A stretch of 24,000 nucleotides of DNA from Nitrososphaerota archaeon. Its GTDB lineage: Archaea > Thermoproteota > Nitrososphaeria_A > Caldarchaeales > Caldarchaeaceae. Both the position numbers and the translations under genes were made by a program. The stretch is taken from the NCBI GenBank assembly GCA_041641305.1, contig JBEPYN010000002.1, positions 543,509-567,508 of the forward strand. The letters run 5' to 3'. Positions 1 through 7,521 of the stretch are shown here, in pieces (the stretch's first letter is position 1; every line of letters begins with the position of its first letter). The notes beneath the pieces are model-generated. The model ran no database searches. It had not been told where the DNA came from and saw nothing but the letters and a program-made list of their open reading frames with translations.

Positions 1-522
1 AGAATTGACGGCCAGCCGCCTGAGAAAATCGTAGAAGAAGGTGTGGCCCTTGCTTTGGCCGAGAAAGAGCTTTTCCCGCTGATGACTGTGCACGAAAACC
101 TGATCCTCGGCGCATTCAACAAACGGGCCCGCCAAAAGTTGGATGAAAGCCTCGAGATAGTTTACAGCATCTTCCCCAAGCTAAAGGAGAGAGCTTCCCA
201 GAAGGCCGGCACCATGAGCGGAGGGGAACAGCAGATGCTTGCAATAGGCAGAGCCCTGATGACAGACTCGAAGCTTCTTCTGCTGGATGAACCATCAACG
301 GGCTTGGCGCCACTGCTTGTGAAAACCATTTTCGACGCTTTGAGAAGGCTTATGGAGACAAAGAACGAGCTCTCCATCCTGCTTGTAGAGCAGCGGACCT
401 TGCAGGCCGCGCAGCTCAGCGACAGAGGCTACGTGTTGTCAAACGGCCGCATCGTGTATGAGGGCGACATCAAAGACGCCGTATCCTCAAAGGCTTTCCT
501 GAGAAAATACATGGGGATGTAG
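1..522 (+). CDS. livF: Branched-chain amino acid ABC transporter ATP-binding protein LivF (5'-truncated by window edge)
   Basis: Frame is open from base 1 (RIDGQPPEKIVEEGVALALAEKELFPLMTVHENL...). ABC signature-like MSGGEQQMLAIGRAL and Walker B LLLLDEPSTGLAP are present, and livH/livM follow directly. Confidence 0.93.
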   Translation, partial: RIDGQPPEKIVEEGVALALAEKELFPLMTVHENLILGAFNKRARQKLDESLEIVYSIFPKLKERASQKAGTMSGGEQQMLAIGRALMTDSKLLLLDEPSTGLAPLLVKTIFDALRRLMETKNELSILLVEQRTLQAAQLSDRGYVLSNGRIVYEGDIKDAVSSKAFLRKYMGM

Positions 523-1395
523 ATGGATGCATCTATAATCCCGTACCTTGTTGACGGCATAGTCTTCGGGCTTGTCCTTTCACTGATAGCGGCTGGGCTT
601 ACGCTGATATATGGCTTAGCGGGCGTGCTCAATCTGGCGCATGGAGAGCTTCTCGTGATAACAACTGTCACAGCAGCCGTTCTCTCACAGTCACTAGGTT
701 TACCACTTCCACTAGCGCTGCTCGCAGGCGTTGCAGCTACAGTGGCCGCCGCCGTTGTTCTCGACCGTGTAGTATTGAATCCTGTGTACAAGCTTGAGGG
801 GGAGGAGAGGGTGTTGCTCGGTCTCTACATAACTTTAGCCTTCTCGATTTTCCTGCACAGTGGGATAATCACCACTTTCCCACTTGCTTTTCTGACAGTG
901 AATCTGCCAACTCCAAACATAGAGCTAATCGGCTTATCGTTTAGAACGGCCCAGCTGGTAGCGGCTGTAATATCGGCTGCAATACTTCTCGGCATCTATC
1001 TTTTTCTGAAGAAAACGTGGAGCGGCAGGGCGATTCGCTCACTAACACAGAACGAGACAGGGGCCTTGCTGGTGGGTGTGAGCGTGAAAAAATATAGGCT
1101 GCTCGTGTTCATGATCGGAGCTGTTTTAGTCAGCATGGCCGGCATTGTTAGAAGCATCATTGCAACGGTGGCTCCCGAAAGTGGTCTCGAGTTCACCATA
1201 CTCGGCCTACTGGTGACAGTCATCGGCGGAATAAGAAGCGTCTCGGGAACAATAGCGGCCGGGCTCGTGATAGGTGTTGCATACACGTTTCTGGTGGTCG
1301 TCGTGGGAACCTACCTCGCATACGTCGCCCTGCTTATCCTCATCATGGCGCTGCTGCTTACAAGGCCCTATGGAATACTCGGTGAGAGATGGTGA
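523..1395 (+). CDS. livH: Branched-chain amino acid ABC transporter permease LivH
   Basis: 290-aa hydrophobic protein; motifs GLTLIYGLAGVLNLAHGELL and GGIRSVSGTIAAGLVIGV. It starts immediately after the livF stop and overlaps livM. Confidence 0.92.
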   Translation: MDASIIPYLVDGIVFGLVLSLIAAGLTLIYGLAGVLNLAHGELLVITTVTAAVLSQSLGLPLPLALLAGVAATVAAAVVLDRVVLNPVYKLEGEERVLLGLYITLAFSIFLHSGIITTFPLAFLTVNLPTPNIELIGLSFRTAQLVAAVISAAILLGIYLFLKKTWSGRAIRSLTQNETGALLVGVSVKKYRLLVFMIGAVLVSMAGIVRSIIATVAPESGLEFTILGLLVTVIGGIRSVSGTIAAGLVIGVAYTFLVVVVGTYLAYVALLILIMALLLTRPYGILGERW

Positions 1396-2357
1396 CTGAT
1401 AGATTCCTGAAAACCAGGTTGTATGTCCTAGCGGCGCTAGTAATAATATACATCGTGTTACCTCTTCCCTTCATCAACACGCCCTACGTGGTTTTCATAC
1501 TTGCGCAGATGACCTTCTTCACAGTATTCGCCTATAGCTTTAATTTCCTGTTCGGTTTCACGCGACAGCTCTTCCTCTGCGTCGGAGCCTTCGCAGGCAT
1601 AGGCGCATACATCACGGGGATAATGTTGAGGGATGGCTTAACCGGGCCAATCGAGGCTGTCGCTTTGTCAACGGTTGCAGTCGCCCTCATCGGCTGGGCT
1701 GTCAGCATTGTCTCCGTGAGACGCAGGCTCGTAGCAATCTTTACAGGAATTTTCACACTCGCCATCACACTCGTCTTCGGCAACCTCGTCACCGGTCTCG
1801 TGGAAGTAACTGGAGGAGAAACAGGCTTCAGGATAAGAGGAGTAAGCCTATTGTTTTTAGACACCATGCCATACTACATGAGATACTACTACATCGCTTT
1901 AGCTACGCTGCTGTCGGTCACTACAGTGGCTTTCTACCTCATCTATTACACGAAAACAGGCTACGCGTATAGATGCATTATAGACGATGAGCTGAGCGCG
2001 GAGCTGGTCGGCATAAACGTGCAGAGGGTTAAGACTTTGACGGCCTTGCTTGCATCAGCTTTGCTCGGTTTTTCCGGGGCGTTGTACGGCCTTTTCTCAC
2101 AGCTCATTTCACCATCCTATTACGCCTTTGGCTCCATAGACCTGCCCGTCCAAATAATAGTGATTCTCGGCGGCAGAACCTCTCTCCTCGGCCCGTACAT
2201 AGGCTCAGCCATAATAGCGGTCGTCAACGAGTCTCTAAGGTTTCTTGGACCACTTACCCAGCTCCTATATGGTCTGATTCTGATGCTTCTTCTCGCCTTC
2301 TTCCGAAATGGGATAGTTGACTTTGTGAAAAGAAAGGTTGCGCCGTGGTTCTATTAA
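1389..2357 (+). CDS. livM: Branched-chain amino acid ABC transporter permease LivM
   Basis: 322-aa membrane protein; QMTFFTVFAYSFNFLFGFTRQLFLCVGAFAGIGAYITG and VILGGRTSLLGPYIGSAIIAVVNE are typical LivM motifs. Start overlaps livH. Confidence 0.92.
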   Translation: MVTDRFLKTRLYVLAALVIIYIVLPLPFINTPYVVFILAQMTFFTVFAYSFNFLFGFTRQLFLCVGAFAGIGAYITGIMLRDGLTGPIEAVALSTVAVALIGWAVSIVSVRRRLVAIFTGIFTLAITLVFGNLVTGLVEVTGGETGFRIRGVSLLFLDTMPYYMRYYYIALATLLSVTTVAFYLIYYTKTGYAYRCIIDDELSAELVGINVQRVKTLTALLASALLGFSGALYGLFSQLISPSYYAFGSIDLPVQIIVILGGRTSLLGPYIGSAIIAVVNESLRFLGPLTQLLYGLILMLLLAFFRNGIVDFVKRKVAPWFY

Positions 2358-2971
2358 CGGAGACCGTCCTCGCCCTTTACCTCCTCTTTACGTAGTCCAC
2401 CAATCCGTGGCAAAGGCCTCCCCGAGTCGGTTACAGCGGCAATCACAACTATTTCGTCGGGCAGAGGCGCGTCGGGAACACGTGCCTCGACAGCGTCATA
2501 GTGGCTTCTCACAAACGCAGCTCTCTTAAAGTGCAGGGGGACGTCGATTGCTGTGCCAGGGGCCCCTAGCTTAGCCGATGAAGGAATTATAGCTTTGCAT
2601 GCATCCTGTCCGCCGCATTCTTCCCGCAGTCCACGACCAAACTTAGGATGGAGAATAGCGTGGCCATGCTCAAGCTCTCCACCCAAACCGATTATCGCGG
2701 CTTTGCCGTAGCTCTCCACATCGGCTGGCGCAATTCCCAGCGCCTCCCGAGCCCTCTTCGCCAAAAATCCGCCCAAGAAATCTCCAGCATCTATGAGCAG
2801 CTGCAAATCCTCCACATATTTGCCGGCGTATGGGTTCTTGACCACAGCCGCGGCGGCGCTTTTTCTCACAGGCTTCTGCAAAACTTTCCCATTCTCCAGG
2901 AACACCTCATCAACATAGACAGCGACTTTACGTATAGCTACACCTGGTGCAGCCTCAAGCATCACCACCAC
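2354..2971 (-). CDS. Amino acid synthesis family protein (AA_synth / DUF1185-like)
   Basis: 205-aa ORF: RKVAVYVDEVFLENGKVL..., KAAIIGLGGELEHGHAILHPKFG, IIPSSAKLGAPGTAIDVPLHFKRAAFVRSHYDAVEARVPDAPLPDEIVVI. It resembles the AA_synth family often found beside Liv-type transporters. Confidence 0.8.
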   Translation of the reverse strand: MVVMLEAAPGVAIRKVAVYVDEVFLENGKVLQKPVRKSAAAAVVKNPYAGKYVEDLQLLIDAGDFLGGFLAKRAREALGIAPADVESYGKAAIIGLGGELEHGHAILHPKFGRGLREECGGQDACKAIIPSSAKLGAPGTAIDVPLHFKRAAFVRSHYDAVEARVPDAPLPDEIVVIAAVTDSGRPLPRIGGLRKEEVKGEDGLR

Positions 2972-4404
2972 CTCGTCGTCACAATCTTGTGGTCTGTAAA
3001 GAATCTTATGGTGTCGACGCGGCTATGAGCTGTTCCGAAGAAGGATTGCTTCCTTCCACCGAGAGGAAAGTAGGCCATGGGCTGTGGGACACCTATGTTT
3101 ACACCCACGTTTCCAACGTTAACATCAAGCACAAACCTGCGTGCTGTGTTCGGGTTTGATGTGAAGATAGAGGCGGCGTTGCCGTAGGGAGTGTTTCTGT
3201 TTATCAGATCGATTGCCTCGTCCAAGCTCTCCGCATAAAGAACCGATACGACGGGGCCGAATATCTCCTCCTTTGCTAGTGGGGAGCTGGGAGACACGTC
3301 TGTGAAAACTGTTGGGCCCACGAAGTAGCCGTTCAAAGGCTTAAGCGGCTTGTTCTTCCTTCCGTCGACGAGAAGCCTCCCAAATTCTTCACCAAGCTCG
3401 ATATATTTCCAAACTCTCTCCAACCCAGCCCTTGAAGCCATCGGGCCCATCTCGGTCTCCTTATCCATGCCGTATCCAAGCCTAAGCATGGACTTGTCCC
3501 GCACCAAGTCGACAACCTTCTCACCCCCCTTTACCACGACAAGGTTGGAGCCGGCCAGACAACGTTGACCAGACATTCCGAAAAAGGATGACACAGCAGC
3601 ATCAGCGGCCTTGACAAAATCTGTGTCAGGCATTACAACAAGGTGGTTTTTGGCACCGGCGTTTATAGACGCGCGTTTCCCCTCTTTCGCGGCCAGCTCA
3701 TACAGAAACTTTCCTGTCTTCGTTGAACCTATGAAACCCACGCCCTGTATATCAGGATGTCTAGCCAGCTTCTCCGCAACTCTACCGTCACCGTGGACAA
3801 CCGACATTACACCCGCAGGAACACCGGCCTCCTTCACAATCCTGGCCACCTCGTTCGCGACAACAGGTGTCACCTCACTCGGCTTAAGCACAACAGTGGC
3901 GCCAAGGGCTATGGCGTAGGGCACGTATGAGGACCATGCGTGCAGCGGAATGTTGAAAGGAGTTATCACGGCAAAGCATCCAAGCGGCTCTCGGATAAGC
4001 TCCTGATCTATGTCTGGGGATATGTTGACCATTTTCTCGCCCTTAGCCAAGGTGTAGGCGAGCGCAGCCGCTGCCTCGACGTTTTCCAGACTCCGTTTAA
4101 CCTCTCCCACCGCCTCCGCATAGGTTCTTCCATGGTTGTCGACAAGTATTCTCGAAAGCAGCTCGGTATCCCTGTTCATCAGCTCACGGATCTTCAACAG
4201 GTAGGCGACCCTTTCCGAGGGTGTAGTTTTCCGAAACTTTTCAAAAGCGGCTACACCTGCCTCAACGGCTTTAGCAACCTCTTCCTCAGTGCTGACGGGG
4301 ACGTAGGCGATGTCTGTGTCAAAAGCAGGGTTCTTTACCGGAATCCTCTCAGAAGACTTCGACTCAACAAACTGCCCAGCAATGAAGTTAGGTAGTAAAC
4401 TCAT
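2962..4404 (-). CDS. mmsA: Aldehyde dehydrogenase family protein, probably CoA-acylating methylmalonate-semialdehyde dehydrogenase
   Basis: 480 aa; FITPFNIPLHAWSSYVPYAIALGATVVLKPSEVTP, VGFIGSTKTGKFLYELAAKEGKRASINAGAKNHLVVMPD, catalytic-Cys motif GMSGQRCLAGS, and PLAKEEIFGPVVSVL. Confidence 0.85.
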   Translation of the reverse strand: MSLLPNFIAGQFVESKSSERIPVKNPAFDTDIAYVPVSTEEEVAKAVEAGVAAFEKFRKTTPSERVAYLLKIRELMNRDTELLSRILVDNHGRTYAEAVGEVKRSLENVEAAAALAYTLAKGEKMVNISPDIDQELIREPLGCFAVITPFNIPLHAWSSYVPYAIALGATVVLKPSEVTPVVANEVARIVKEAGVPAGVMSVVHGDGRVAEKLARHPDIQGVGFIGSTKTGKFLYELAAKEGKRASINAGAKNHLVVMPDTDFVKAADAAVSSFFGMSGQRCLAGSNLVVVKGGEKVVDLVRDKSMLRLGYGMDKETEMGPMASRAGLERVWKYIELGEEFGRLLVDGRKNKPLKPLNGYFVGPTVFTDVSPSSPLAKEEIFGPVVSVLYAESLDEAIDLINRNTPYGNAASIFTSNPNTARRFVLDVNVGNVGVNIGVPQPMAYFPLGGRKQSFFGTAHSRVDTIRFFTDHKIVTTRWW

Positions 4405-4441
4405 GACTTTTTCCTCATATAGCGGTATTTTAAACGTGAAT

Positions 4442-4873
4442 CTACTTGCCTGAAATGAGGACGAGCGCTGTGAGGGCGAGGGCTACGCCGACAATCTGCC
4501 TAATGGTCAACACCTCTCCGAATAACAGGAAAGATAGAATCAGTGTGACAAGCGGGTACAGCGATGTGGCGACTACGACTATGGAGGATGGGTTCAGGTC
4601 TAGGGCCAGATAAAATGTCACGGCTCCGAGAAATCCCAGGGCCCCTGCGAGAAGTGCGGCCACCCAGGCCTGATTGGTCGGAGTTACATGAGCCCTCGAG
4701 CTGATTATGAACATCAGAGAGACTATCATGTGCCCTATGGCTGCGACCGCAGCATTGTCACGCCATCCAAGTGCCGATGCTCCCACACGTGCCACAACAC
4801 CCCAGACCCCCCAGATAAACAGCGTCAACAAAACCAACGCAACCCATCTAACCTCCATGGCGATAGATGGCAT
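4442..4873 (-). CDS. EamA/DMT-family small transporter (single EamA domain)
   Basis: 143 aa, about 5 TM segments; C-terminal ...VVATSLYPLVTLILSFLLFGEVLTIRQIVGVALALTALVLIS is typical of EamA proteins. Confidence 0.85.
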   Translation of the reverse strand: MPSIAMEVRWVALVLLTLFIWGVWGVVARVGASALGWRDNAAVAAIGHMIVSLMFIISSRAHVTPTNQAWVAALLAGALGFLGAVTFYLALDLNPSSIVVVATSLYPLVTLILSFLLFGEVLTIRQIVGVALALTALVLISGK

Positions 4874-4942
4874 ATCACCGGTTCATACCTTTTTCGGTGA
4901 AGAAGCTCAACAACTAAATCTCGGCAGAAAAACGGATAACCC

Positions 4943-5191
4943 ATGAACGTGAGAATAGTATACTGTGTTCCATGCGGCCATCTACCTAATGCTCTCGAGC
5001 TCGCTAAAGACCTTCTCAGCCGATACGGGCAAAGGCTCAACAAGAAATTCTCAGTCACTCTCGACACAAGCGACGGAGGAACCTTCGAAGTCTACATAGA
5101 AGGGGAGAAAATCTTCTCACGCCACGAGGCGCGGCGGTTCCCAACACCTGACGAAATCGCGGGGCAGATTGAAAAGAGGCTTAATGGTTGA
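4943..5191 (+). CDS. Rdx family / SelW-like thioredoxin-fold protein
   Basis: 82 aa with N-terminal VRIVYCVPCGHLPNALELAKDLL (CxxC after the first strand) and ...VYIEGEKIFSRHEARRFPTPDEI, matching the compact Rdx/SelW fold. Confidence 0.75.
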   Translation: MNVRIVYCVPCGHLPNALELAKDLLSRYGQRLNKKFSVTLDTSDGGTFEVYIEGEKIFSRHEARRFPTPDEIAGQIEKRLNG

Positions 5192-5466
5192 ACCTTCGCC
5201 TAATAGTCTTCGTTGTCGCATGGTCTGCAGCGACCATAGCAGCCCTCACAATCGGACAGCTCTATGAATGGCCAGACAATGTACACATCCGCTATGGCAT
5301 ACCTCTGACCTATGCTGTTCACACCGTCGTCACGATATTGGGAGCTGCTGACCACTGGAGTGTGGACACAAACATTCTCGCCTTTGACTTGGCGATATGG
5401 ATGGCAGGCCTCGTGACCGGAGTAGCTCTGCTATCGAGGCAGAAGACAAGAGATGGACATACCTAG
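5188..5466 (+). CDS. Small hydrophobic membrane protein, unknown function
   Basis: 92 aa with about 3 predicted hydrophobic segments; start overlaps the upstream gene by 4 bp, suggesting co-translation. Confidence 0.6.
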   Translation: MNLRLIVFVVAWSAATIAALTIGQLYEWPDNVHIRYGIPLTYAVHTVVTILGAADHWSVDTNILAFDLAIWMAGLVTGVALLSRQKTRDGHT

Positions 5467-5478
5467 CGTAGTGGTAGG

Positions 5479-6054
5479 TCATTTTACTATTTTGAGACGC
5501 GCTGGTGCTGGCGACCTCTCAGGCAATAGCCTTATTCCTTCGTGACGTAGAAGCCAAGCCTTAACGTTCTCGTCACCCCCGTAGCGTCCGATTGAGCCGT
5601 CGGATTTCACTACTCGGTGGCAAGGTATAATTATTGGAACAGGGTTGCGGGCGACCGCGTTTCCAACAGCTCTGTACGCTTTTGGACTGCCCACAGAAGC
5701 AGCCACGTCTCTATAGCTCCGCGTCTCCCCAAAAGGGATGGAGGCGACAACGTTCAACACCTTCCCCGCGAAACCAGAGACACGGAGGTCAATCGGTACA
5801 TTAAAGACCCGCCTTACACCCTCGAAATACTCCCCAAGCTGTCTCTTAACCAAACCATTAACCTCTCCAGCGCCGTCGCCAACTATGAAACCCTCTCTAA
5901 CGAGGCCCTTAACCAAAGCATTCAAACCCACACCCCACACCACCCTAAAAACACCACGCCTCGTAGAAGCAAAACAAACCAAACCAACAGGCGACATCAA
6001 ACAACCCACCGAAACAACCTCTCCCACAAAAACCACATAAACAAAACCAACCAA
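5479..6054 (-). CDS. ogt: Methylated-DNA--[protein]-cysteine S-methyltransferase
   Basis: 191 aa with IPFGETRSYRDVAASVGSPKAYRAVGNAVARNPVPIIIPCHRVVKSDGSIGRYGG, containing the catalytic PCHR motif. Confidence 0.93.
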   Translation of the reverse strand: MVGFVYVVFVGEVVSVGCLMSPVGLVCFASTRRGVFRVVWGVGLNALVKGLVREGFIVGDGAGEVNGLVKRQLGEYFEGVRRVFNVPIDLRVSGFAGKVLNVVASIPFGETRSYRDVAASVGSPKAYRAVGNAVARNPVPIIIPCHRVVKSDGSIGRYGGDENVKAWLLRHEGIRLLPERSPAPARLKIVK

Positions 6055-6249
6055 TATGCTTTAACCCAGCTCCATTTTTCCAAACAGATGCGTCGAAAAC
6101 ATGACTAAATTTTCCCGGTCCATTAACAAAATGAACCATAAGCATGCACAAAATAATTGAATTCGCGAGATTGTGGCTGGGCCGCTTGTTAGATGTTGCG
6201 GTTGAAACATTCTTATTAAACATCGTATACAACATATTGGGGTAACCCC

Positions 6250-7050
6250 ATGTCTTCAACCCCTTTAACCGACCTAATTTCTCTGAAAGGTAGAAAAGCG
6301 TTGGTTACTGGGGCTGCTTCAGGGATAGGGCGGTCGGTCTCTGAGAGGTTTGCAGAAGCCGGCGCCAGCCTAGTTCTTGTGGACATCAACGAGCCCGCCC
6401 TAACGAGCGTCGCCTCATTTATTAGAGATGGATATGGGGTTGAGGTTGAGGCGAAAAAAGTAGACCTGTCCAAGAAGAGGGAGATAGACGAGCTATGGTC
6501 CGGCTTGAAGGAGCGGGCTCCAGACATTCTGGTTAATAACGCGGGCATATACGAGTTCCGAGACTTCTTAGAAGTTGATGAGGATTTCCTTGAGAGAACC
6601 CTCGATGTGAACTTGAAGTCCGCGTTTTACATGTGCCAGCACATGTTTAGGACGCGTGGTGATAGGGGTGGTGTGATAGTAAACGTCAGCTCCATCGAGG
6701 CCGTCCTCCATCTCGTCAAAGGCCTGACCCACTACGGCGTGAGCAAAATTGGCCTCGTCGCACTGACCAGGGCTCTGGCACGTGAATATGGAGGAAAGGG
6801 CTTCAGGGTCAACGCCGTTATGCCCGGAGGAATTCATACACCCGGCACAGATAAGGTCAGGAACGAAGCCCTCAAAAGACTCCAGCTCGGATTCTTCATC
6901 ACAGGTATGAATTTCATATCCAGAATACCCTTGAAAAGGCTGGGAGAACCAGACGAAGTGGCAAGGGCTATACTTTTCCTAGCCTCAGACCTATCAAGCT
7001 ACGTGAACGGTGCAGTACTAGTCGTAGACGGCGGATACCTAACAGACTGA
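6250..7050 (+). CDS. SDR family oxidoreductase (glucose/3-oxoacyl reductase type)
   Basis: 266 aa; N-terminal ALVTGAASGIGRSVSERFAEAGA, NNAG, active-site S...YGVSKIG (Tyr-x-x-x-Lys), VNAVMPGGIHTPGT, and C-terminal NGAVLVVDGGYLTD. Confidence 0.9.
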   Translation: MSSTPLTDLISLKGRKALVTGAASGIGRSVSERFAEAGASLVLVDINEPALTSVASFIRDGYGVEVEAKKVDLSKKREIDELWSGLKERAPDILVNNAGIYEFRDFLEVDEDFLERTLDVNLKSAFYMCQHMFRTRGDRGGVIVNVSSIEAVLHLVKGLTHYGVSKIGLVALTRALAREYGGKGFRVNAVMPGGIHTPGTDKVRNEALKRLQLGFFITGMNFISRIPLKRLGEPDEVARAILFLASDLSSYVNGAVLVVDGGYLTD

Positions 7051-7080
7051 GAACCTCTCGACCATGGGCCGATGTATCAG

Positions 7081-7140
7081 TCTGGGAAAAACTAGGCTTC
7101 GCACACCAGAGATATGAGGGTTCAAACCCCTTCCCACCAG
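7081..7140 (+). other. tRNA 3'-half-like sequence (possible tRNA remnant, attachment-site relic or split-tRNA 3' half)
   Basis: TCTGG (7081-7085) pairs with CCAGA (7106-7110) around a 20-nt loop. This is followed by GATAT and T-arm GAGGG-TTCAAAC-CCCTT, then CCCACCA-G. I find no matching 5' acceptor or D-arm next to it. Confidence 0.35.
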
Positions 7141-7521
7141 AAAAATATTCTTATGTGTTTTTTCGGCATGGTTTAGTGTTTGAGTATCTTGTTTGCATCT
7201 AATGCGTGCGATAGAAGAAATATGCCGCAAGGAGAAAATTTCAGAGGAAATTATCACGTCTCTAACTCGGAGTTTCCGTGATGAATACTAGTGCCATCGG
7301 CATCTTGGACCAACCATCCCTCCTAGACAACCCTTCAAAGCTATTGTTGACAGTGCATGTAGTGTGTGCGTATTGGGTGGTTGTGCTTAGGTCTTACACT
7401 CCGCCTAATTCCTTAACGGCACAACAAAGGCCAAAGGTATACCCAAAAACTCACAAAAATCTATTGAGAGCTAAAGGATTTATGTCTGTGCTTCTATTGT
7501 AACTTAAATGCGGTGTGGTAG

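Noticed and set aside
2648-3159. Overlapping plus-strand ORFs at the AA_synth/mmsA junction (2648-3028, 2947-3159)
   Set aside because: They are antisense to well-supported coding sequence and show no motif.
5617-6108. 163-aa plus-strand ORF opposite MGMT
   Set aside because: N/T/H-rich low-complexity translation produced by the A/C-rich antisense strand. The MGMT catalytic motif supports the minus-strand frame.
7278-7502. 74-aa ORF in the noncoding region upstream of the AAA+ gene
   Set aside because: No recognisable motif or supporting context, and the composition looks like random translation. Kept only as possible decayed sequence in the island.
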